From the NCBI GenBank assembly GCA_037130755.1, contig JBAXSI010000002.1, positions 47,621-111,620 of the forward strand: DNA of 64,000 nucleotides. The letters are read 5' to 3'. Shown one piece after another: positions 58,739 to 64,000 of this stretch (position 1 is its first letter; every line of letters starts with the position of its first letter). The notes beneath the pieces are model-generated. The model saw nothing but the letters and a program-made list of their open reading frames with translations, searched no databases and had not been told where the DNA came from. A program made the translations under genes and the position numbers. This DNA is from Actinomycetes bacterium. GTDB lineage: Bacteria; Actinomycetota; Actinomycetes; S36-B12.

Positions 58739-59010
58739 GTATCGCCGTCAAGGTCCCGACCATCCTCCGCACGTACACCGGCGGCGTCGCCGACGTGACG
58801 GTCACAGGCGCAACGCTCGCCGAGGCGCTGACGGACCTCGACACGCAGTACCCGGGAATCGGCGCGCGGGTGCTCGACGACGAGGGCAAGCTGCGTCGTT
58901 TCGTGAACGTCTACGTCAACGACGATGACGTGCGGTTCCTTGAGGACCTGCAGACGCCCACGCCGGATGGCACGAGCATCTCGATCATCCCGGCGGTTGC
59001 CGGCGGCTGA
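58735..59010 (+). CDS. MoaD/ThiS-fold sulfur-carrier protein (second copy, MetO-like), C-terminal GG
   Basis: 91 aa ending in AVAGG. ATGA overlap with the ThrC-like gene. About 56 of 90 positions are identical to CysO at 45666 by manual alignment. Confidence 0.85.
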   Translation: MSIAVKVPTILRTYTGGVADVTVTGATLAEALTDLDTQYPGIGARVLDDEGKLRRFVNVYVNDDDVRFLEDLQTPTPDGTSISIIPAVAGG

Positions 59011-59087
59011 GGAATGAGCGCCGCGAGTCCCGGAGGCAGCCGGCCATGAACGCGCGACGGTTAGCGCTTCGTCAGGGGCGTGCGTGA

Positions 59088-59747
59088 CTAGGTGAACGCG
59101 GTGAGCGCACTCCACCCGATGACCAGTACGAGCAGTCCACCTGCGCAGGTGGCCAGGAACGGTCGCATGCGCTTGGCGACCTGGGCCAAGCCGAGCAGGA
59201 AGAACGTGATCGCCAGCACGCTGAGGATCGCCACGTAGGTGTCGCTGCGTGAGTTCCACAGGTTGTATGCGTCGGAGGCGTCGTTCTGCTGAGCCACCAG
59301 GTCCTTCTCCCCTGCAGCGCGGGCATCGAGGTAGCCCTTGACGTCAGGGAACCCGTCAGGCGTCGCTGGGGCGAACGCCGGATCGGCATAGATGTCGGAC
59401 AGTGCCTGAGCCTGGTCCGCGCGTGCGTGCGCTGCTGCGGCGAGAGCGCCGAGTTCCTCTGCTTCGGACGTCTTGCCGGCGCTGCCCTGCTGAAGCGCCG
59501 CGTAGTCCAGCGCCAGGCTCTGCTGGGTGTTGGCGAGGACTTCCGTGACCAACCGGGTCTGGTAGCCCTCGGCGACGGTGTCGCTGACCTGCCGCGCGGC
59601 CGCGGTCAGCACGAGTCGCTCGGAGTCACGGTTCGCGGCGTCGCCCTGAGTGCTGGCCTCGACCTCGAGCCCGGCGACCACGGCGGCGACGATGGTCGTG
59701 AGCAGGGTCAGCACGACCACCGTGCGACGCCCGCGATCGCCGGTCAC
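59088..59747 (-). CDS. membrane protein of unknown function (paralogue B)
   Basis: GTG 59747 overlaps the upstream stop (GTGA). One N-terminal TM, ~150-aa Ala/Gln-rich helical region, two C-terminal TMs (ILSVLAITFFLLGLAQV, GGLLVLVIGWSAL). Confidence 0.6.
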   Translation of the reverse strand: MTGDRGRRTVVVLTLLTTIVAAVVAGLEVEASTQGDAANRDSERLVLTAAARQVSDTVAEGYQTRLVTEVLANTQQSLALDYAALQQGSAGKTSEAEELGALAAAAHARADQAQALSDIYADPAFAPATPDGFPDVKGYLDARAAGEKDLVAQQNDASDAYNLWNSRSDTYVAILSVLAITFFLLGLAQVAKRMRPFLATCAGGLLVLVIGWSALTAFT

Positions 59748-60430
59748 AGGATGCCGCCTCGGCTCGTGACGAACCAGGCCTCGATGATGAGGAAGGCTCC
59801 GATGCCCACCACCCACAGGGCCACGCCGACCGCCAAGTTGAGCACGCGCCAGCGCCCTGCGGTGATCTCCGCCATGCCGAGCCAGAACAGTGCGATGGCC
59901 AGCAGCACCGACAGGATCGTCAGCCAGCGTTTCTCGTTCGCGTAGTTGTCCGCCGTGGCGAAGGACGTCGTCGGGACGATCGCCTGGTACTGCTGGTCCT
60001 GCTCCTCCATCTGCGCGACCCGACCCGGAACGTCGAACGTGCCGAGGGAGGTCGTGAGGGTGCCTTGGGGGAATGGCCCGGCGAGCTGGCCCATGCTCGG
60101 CACGAGGTTGTCGCGGAGGCTCGTCCCGGCAGCAGCCAGCGCCGGGTGGCCGCTGTCGATCAGGGACTTGGCCTCGGCAGCTTTCATGGCGGTCTGCACG
60201 GCATAGTCCGCCTCGCCATAGGCGCCGGTCTCGTTGATGTGGTGCATCGCCGCCTGCTTGCTGACGTCGATCAGGCCGGCGCGATTGGTGTCGGCCACCT
60301 GCGATCCGACCACGCTGGTGCGCCAGGCGGCGAAGGCCGCAGTGACGGCGACGACGGCCAGCAGGATCGCGATCGCGACGTCCAGCCGGCTCCCGGAGTG
60401 GTGCTCGATCGGCTCCTGATCGGTTGCCAC
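59744..60430 (-). CDS. membrane protein of unknown function (paralogue A)
   Basis: GTG 60430. Same architecture as paralogue B (ILSVLLAIALFWLGMAEI, VALWVVGIGAFLII). The ORF-track N-terminus runs through tRNA-Lys and was rejected. Confidence 0.6.
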   Translation of the reverse strand: MATDQEPIEHHSGSRLDVAIAILLAVVAVTAAFAAWRTSVVGSQVADTNRAGLIDVSKQAAMHHINETGAYGEADYAVQTAMKAAEAKSLIDSGHPALAAAGTSLRDNLVPSMGQLAGPFPQGTLTTSLGTFDVPGRVAQMEEQDQQYQAIVPTTSFATADNYANEKRWLTILSVLLAIALFWLGMAEITAGRWRVLNLAVGVALWVVGIGAFLIIEAWFVTSRGGIL

Positions 60431-60458
60431 CAGTGCCCCCCACTCGGCAGATGAAGAA

Positions 60459-60479
60459 GGCCACCCGAGGAGGGTGGCC
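60459..60479 (-). terminator. stem-loop GGCCACCC-N5-GGGTGGCC immediately downstream of tRNA-Lys
   Basis: Perfect 8-bp GC-rich stem 5 nt after the tRNA 3' end, followed on the minus strand by TTCTTCAT. Confidence 0.55.
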
Positions 60480-60483
60480 GACT

Positions 60484-60558
<75 letters not shown>

Positions 60559-60597
60559 GCGAGCAGGAACATACCACCGGGCCGATACCATCCAAAC

Positions 60598-61254
60598 GTG
60601 GCCCGGCTCCGACCTGCGAGCACCGCGACGACGGTCGCGCTCATCGGCATCGTCCTGGTCATCGTCGCGATCCAGATGTCCTTGCCCCCATCGGTGACCG
60701 TCGGACCAACGTGGCTCATACCCGTCATCGAGCTCGGTGGCATCCCGATCGCCATTGCGTTGACGATGTGGCTGGGCTCCGACGAGCCGGTCGTGCGAGC
60801 AATCATGACGGCCTATCTCGTGTTCCTCGTCCTCGCGTGCGTCACCAACGCTGTGTTGCTGCTTGTCTCGCTGCTTCGCGGCTCGGAGGACACGGGGGAG
60901 TACCTGCTCTTCGCGGGGTTCGGCGTTCTGGCCATCAACGTCCTGAGCTTCGGGCTGGTCTACTGGTGGATCGACGGCGGTGGACCGGGTCGCCGCAGCG
61001 ACGGCACCGTCACGCTCCCGGACTTCCTCTTCCCGCAGCAGGGCCAGGGCCAGACCGAATGGAGGCCGGGGCTGATCGACTACCTCTTCACGGCGTACAC
61101 GAACATCATCGCGTTCAGCCCAACGGACACCATGCCGCTGACGCATCGGGTGAAGATCCTCTTCACCGTGCAGTCCGCCACGGCGCTGCTCACGGTCGTG
61201 GTGACCTTGAGCCGAGCCGTGAACCTCATCCCCGGCGGCCTTCCCGGGACGTGA
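60598..61254 (+). CDS. DUF1345-like integral membrane protein
   Basis: 218 aa with about 5 TMs and a LLFAGFGVLAINVLSFGLVYWWID-type motif. Confidence 0.65.
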   Translation: MARLRPASTATTVALIGIVLVIVAIQMSLPPSVTVGPTWLIPVIELGGIPIAIALTMWLGSDEPVVRAIMTAYLVFLVLACVTNAVLLLVSLLRGSEDTGEYLLFAGFGVLAINVLSFGLVYWWIDGGGPGRRSDGTVTLPDFLFPQQGQGQTEWRPGLIDYLFTAYTNIIAFSPTDTMPLTHRVKILFTVQSATALLTVVVTLSRAVNLIPGGLPGT

Positions 61255-62643
61255 TCACTGCACGATGCGGACTGGGGTCTCCTTGAGCGCGATCGGCCCC
61301 GCCACGGGCTTGCAGGTGTTGGCCGTGTTGCAGACCTGCGTGTAGCCCTCCGGGGCGGTGTAGATGCCGGTGTTGTTGACTGCCCAGGCGATGATCGAGG
61401 GGATCCCGTTCTTCTCCACGAAGCAGTTGACGACGACGCCGTCGTCGTTGCAGCCGTTGAACGTCGAGCCCACGAGCCACTGGTGGATGATCCGCAGGCC
61501 CTCGACGGCGCCCGAGTCGTTCGTCAACTGCATGCCGAGCAGCGGATACGGCTGCGGCGTCCAGATGTACCAGTAGGTGCGGGCGAAGCCGAGGTGCAGT
61601 GAATCCAACTCCGTCTGCACGACCCAGTCTCGGGCTTTCGGTCCCTCGATGGTCTGGTGCGGATTGCTGGGGCCGGGCCCCGCGAGTCCGTAGTTGAGCT
61701 CGGTGTCCCACACGGGCTTGTCAGGAGCCCCCGCCGCGCTGATCGCCTGCTTGACCGTGGCGATGAAGGCAGCGCGCTCGTCGGTGGTCTGCAGGCTCGA
61801 CGGGTACAGGTGCGCGGCGAACACGTCGATGGGCCAGCCCAACTGTCCCAGTGCCGCGAGGTAGCGCGGGAAGAACCGCGAGAAGCTGCCGGCCAGGCGC
61901 ACCGTGGTGCTCGCTGCGACCACCTTGGCCTTCGGGTCGCCCGTGTGGATGATGTCGGCCGCGCTCTTGGTCATCTTCGCGAGCGTCTCCGGCGTGCCGT
62001 TCCAGAACATGACGAGGCTCGCCTCGTTCCAGATCTGGTAGGACGTGATCTTGCCGGCGTAGCGCTTCACTACGGCCCGCACGAAGGCGTCCCATGCCGC
62101 CAGGCTCTTGGGCGTGGACGCTGCACCGGGCCCGGGGTAGTCGGTCTTCTTGATCCTCGAGGCGTTCCACGTCGGGGTCCCGCCGAGCACCAGGAGGATG
62201 TCCTTGACGCCGTGCGCCCGCGCGTTCGTCACGGCGGCGTCAAGCGGCTTCCAGTTGTACTGGCCCTTCACCGCCTCGATCTGCGACCAGTTCGTGCCGT
62301 TGTCCCACAAGCGGAGCGCGCCGAACGGATCGTTCCGATCCGGCCAGGCGCCGTCCTGGACGCCTGCGACGTGCATGCCCGTGATCGTGGCGGGGATGAC
62401 CTCGCCCATGTGCGCACCGCTGGGCGTGGCCGAGGGCGTCGCGGATGCCGAAGCGCTCGGGGTGAGGGCCACTGATGCCGACGGAGTCGGGACGGTGGAC
62501 CCGGCTGCGGTCGGCACCGCGCTGACGGCGGCGGCGCTCGATGCGGGTGTCCCGGTGTCCGTCGATGACGAGCAGCCGGCGATCGCGACGGCGAGCACAG
62601 TCAGGCCAATGGCGACGTGGGTGGTGATGAGGCGGCGAGGCAC
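61255..62643 (-). CDS. secreted lipoprotein glycoside hydrolase (clan GH-A TIM-barrel type; family not assigned)
   Basis: Lipobox IAGC and a Pro/Ser/Thr/Ala linker. Acid/base-type IWNEAS and nucleophile-type TELNYG contexts. Cys-containing C-terminal domain. Confidence 0.65.
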   Translation of the reverse strand: MPRRLITTHVAIGLTVLAVAIAGCSSSTDTGTPASSAAAVSAVPTAAGSTVPTPSASVALTPSASASATPSATPSGAHMGEVIPATITGMHVAGVQDGAWPDRNDPFGALRLWDNGTNWSQIEAVKGQYNWKPLDAAVTNARAHGVKDILLVLGGTPTWNASRIKKTDYPGPGAASTPKSLAAWDAFVRAVVKRYAGKITSYQIWNEASLVMFWNGTPETLAKMTKSAADIIHTGDPKAKVVAASTTVRLAGSFSRFFPRYLAALGQLGWPIDVFAAHLYPSSLQTTDERAAFIATVKQAISAAGAPDKPVWDTELNYGLAGPGPSNPHQTIEGPKARDWVVQTELDSLHLGFARTYWYIWTPQPYPLLGMQLTNDSGAVEGLRIIHQWLVGSTFNGCNDDGVVVNCFVEKNGIPSIIAWAVNNTGIYTAPEGYTQVCNTANTCKPVAGPIALKETPVRIVQ

Positions 62644-62652
62644 TCGAACAGC

Positions 62653-63663
62653 CTACGGTCGCACCGCCGCAGAGTTCCCCGCGACCTTCATTCCGGACGT
62701 GTCAACCGCCTCGAACGCCGCCGCCGGGATGGTCTTGAGCTCGTCGATGAGGTTCGCCGGCCAGTCCGGGTCGGCCGTGCCCTGGAAGTACCAGGGCGAG
62801 CCATTGTCTGCGAGCACCAGCCCGTACTGCTTCAGGGCGGTGATGACGGCATTTGCCTCCTTGCTGTGGCCGACGGTCGGGTACGTGGACTTCAGCCGGA
62901 AGCGGGCGCCCATCGGCGGGAACTGCGGGTCATTCGTCGATCCGGCCTGATGCCGCGCTGGCCACACGAAGGCACGCCGGGTCACGTTCGTGGTGAACCT
63001 GATCGCGTGGTCCACCCGGCCGGCCGACACCTCATCCCATCGCAGGAGCCCGGGGAGGATCGGCAGTCCGGCAGCGTCGGCAGAGGTCCAGGTCGACGGG
63101 CGGAGCCGGTTCGACCTCAGGTCCCATGTGGCTCCGGAGCCGGCGGTCCAGCCGTCCTCGCTCTCGTGGGTGTTCCACGTCTCGAAGAGGGTGCACGTTG
63201 CCGAGTCCACGATGATCGCGTGTCGGTCACCTTCGGAGGTGGGGCCGCCTTCGATGAGCGTCTCCTTGCCGAGGGGGTAGCCGATCGAGTCGCTCTCGTC
63301 GGCGTAGTCGAACGTCACCGATACGCGCGGTGTGCCGTCGACCACGGTGATCGGGATGCCGTAGGGCACGTCCTGGGCGCCGTAGCTCGGGCCGAAGTCC
63401 GGGTGCAGGTTGATCGAGGAGTGCATGTGCGACATCCACGCGGCCGAGAGCCGATTGACGGGCAGTCGGTCCACTCGTGCGTGCCAGTAGTTGTCATCCG
63501 GGAACATCGGGCACGCCGTACCCGGGATCGGGTTCGTGCGCGGCGCGGCCCCACGATCCGGCGCGCTCGCCGCCGCAGGTGCGGCGGCCTGTGATGCCAT
63601 GACGATGAGGGCGATCGCCGTCGCCAGTGCGGGCAGTCGCAGGCCGTCGGGGGCACGGACCAT
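62653..63663 (-). CDS. secreted protein of unknown function
   Basis: ATG 63663 with signal peptide LRLPALATAIALIVMASQAAAPAAASA. No motif recognised. ORF-track start 63912 rejected. Confidence 0.55.
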   Translation of the reverse strand: MVRAPDGLRLPALATAIALIVMASQAAAPAAASAPDRGAAPRTNPIPGTACPMFPDDNYWHARVDRLPVNRLSAAWMSHMHSSINLHPDFGPSYGAQDVPYGIPITVVDGTPRVSVTFDYADESDSIGYPLGKETLIEGGPTSEGDRHAIIVDSATCTLFETWNTHESEDGWTAGSGATWDLRSNRLRPSTWTSADAAGLPILPGLLRWDEVSAGRVDHAIRFTTNVTRRAFVWPARHQAGSTNDPQFPPMGARFRLKSTYPTVGHSKEANAVITALKQYGLVLADNGSPWYFQGTADPDWPANLIDELKTIPAAAFEAVDTSGMKVAGNSAAVRP

Positions 63664-63823
63664 CCGCCCAGTATCGGTCGGAGCGACTCCTGTGTCAGGC
63701 CGGCAGGGAGTGCAAGGGCTGTCATTGCTGTGTCGTTGGTCGCACGAGCGGCACGTCGGTTCGACTCGAAGGCTCGGCGGCAGGAGTATGTGGATACGAC
63801 CGTCATCGCGGAGAGGCTTCCAG

Positions 63824-64000
63824 ATGGACCAGCGCCGGTGGTACGAGCGGCGATGGCTGCCCTTGATACTTACTGCCCTCGTGCTGCTCCTCGCCGGCGT
63901 CGGCACGGTCATGCTGGAGGCCGGCCTGACACCATTCCTGGTCCTCCTGCTTGTCCTGATCGTTCTGGGCGGTGTGGTCCTGCTCCTGGCCGTCAGGATG
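63824..64000 (+). CDS. partial (5' end only) membrane protein, continues beyond the window
   Basis: ATG 63824, open to the window end. MDQRRWYERRWLPLILTALVLLLAGVGTVMLEAGLTPFLVLLLVLIVLGGVVLLLAV. Confidence 0.35.
   Translation, partial: MDQRRWYERRWLPLILTALVLLLAGVGTVMLEAGLTPFLVLLLVLIVLGGVVLLLAVRM

Overview
High-GC (about 70%) actinobacterial chromosomal segment, densely packed with about 80 protein genes, 2 tRNAs and 1 riboswitch. I saw no rRNA, CRISPR array, transposase or integrase. Many six-frame ORFs are antisense or alternate-frame artefacts of the GC bias, and several real genes start downstream of the ORF-track start; I re-derived those starts from RBS, overlap and homology logic. Layout: (i) 1-15 kb is a hydrocarbon/terpenoid-type catabolic region. 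It holds an AlkB-rubredoxin fusion with its TetR, then an Atu-like cluster (SDR, acyl-CoA carboxylase beta and alpha, split AtuA, embedded TetR, acyl-CoA dehydrogenase, enoyl-CoA hydratase) that is almost entirely translationally coupled. (ii) 15-29 kb is mixed housekeeping and accessory: AlkZ/YcaQ-like protein, acyl-CoA ligase, MFS transporters, PAS-GGDEF, TrmB, a CsoR-family regulator with a CopZ-like protein, and esterases. (iii) 29-44 kb carries pckG, argF, a WhiB3/WhiD-like gene, thioredoxin, an amino-acid ABC system, DacB and a GH18 protein. (iv) 44-51 kb is syntenic with the mycobacterial clpS / mec-cysO-cysM / murI / Rv1339-like / rph / rdgB block, interrupted by a VapBC pair. (v) 51-64 kb carries tRNA-Leu plus a small HNH gene, bcp-phyH, a Zn-type ABC importer and a SAM-I riboswitch controlling a threonine-synthase-like enzyme plus a second diglycine sulfur-carrier protein. 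It also carries two paralogous membrane proteins, tRNA-Lys and secreted glycan-active proteins. Most notable observations: the riboswitch-controlled sulfur-carrier homocysteine module, and its relationship to the CysO system 12 kb away; a CsoR-family regulator lacking the Cu-ligand histidine, whose palindromic box recurs upstream of thioredoxin; a near-perfect 43-bp hairpin-containing tandem repeat between whiB and argF; and a 15-bp-period repeat array at a gene start.
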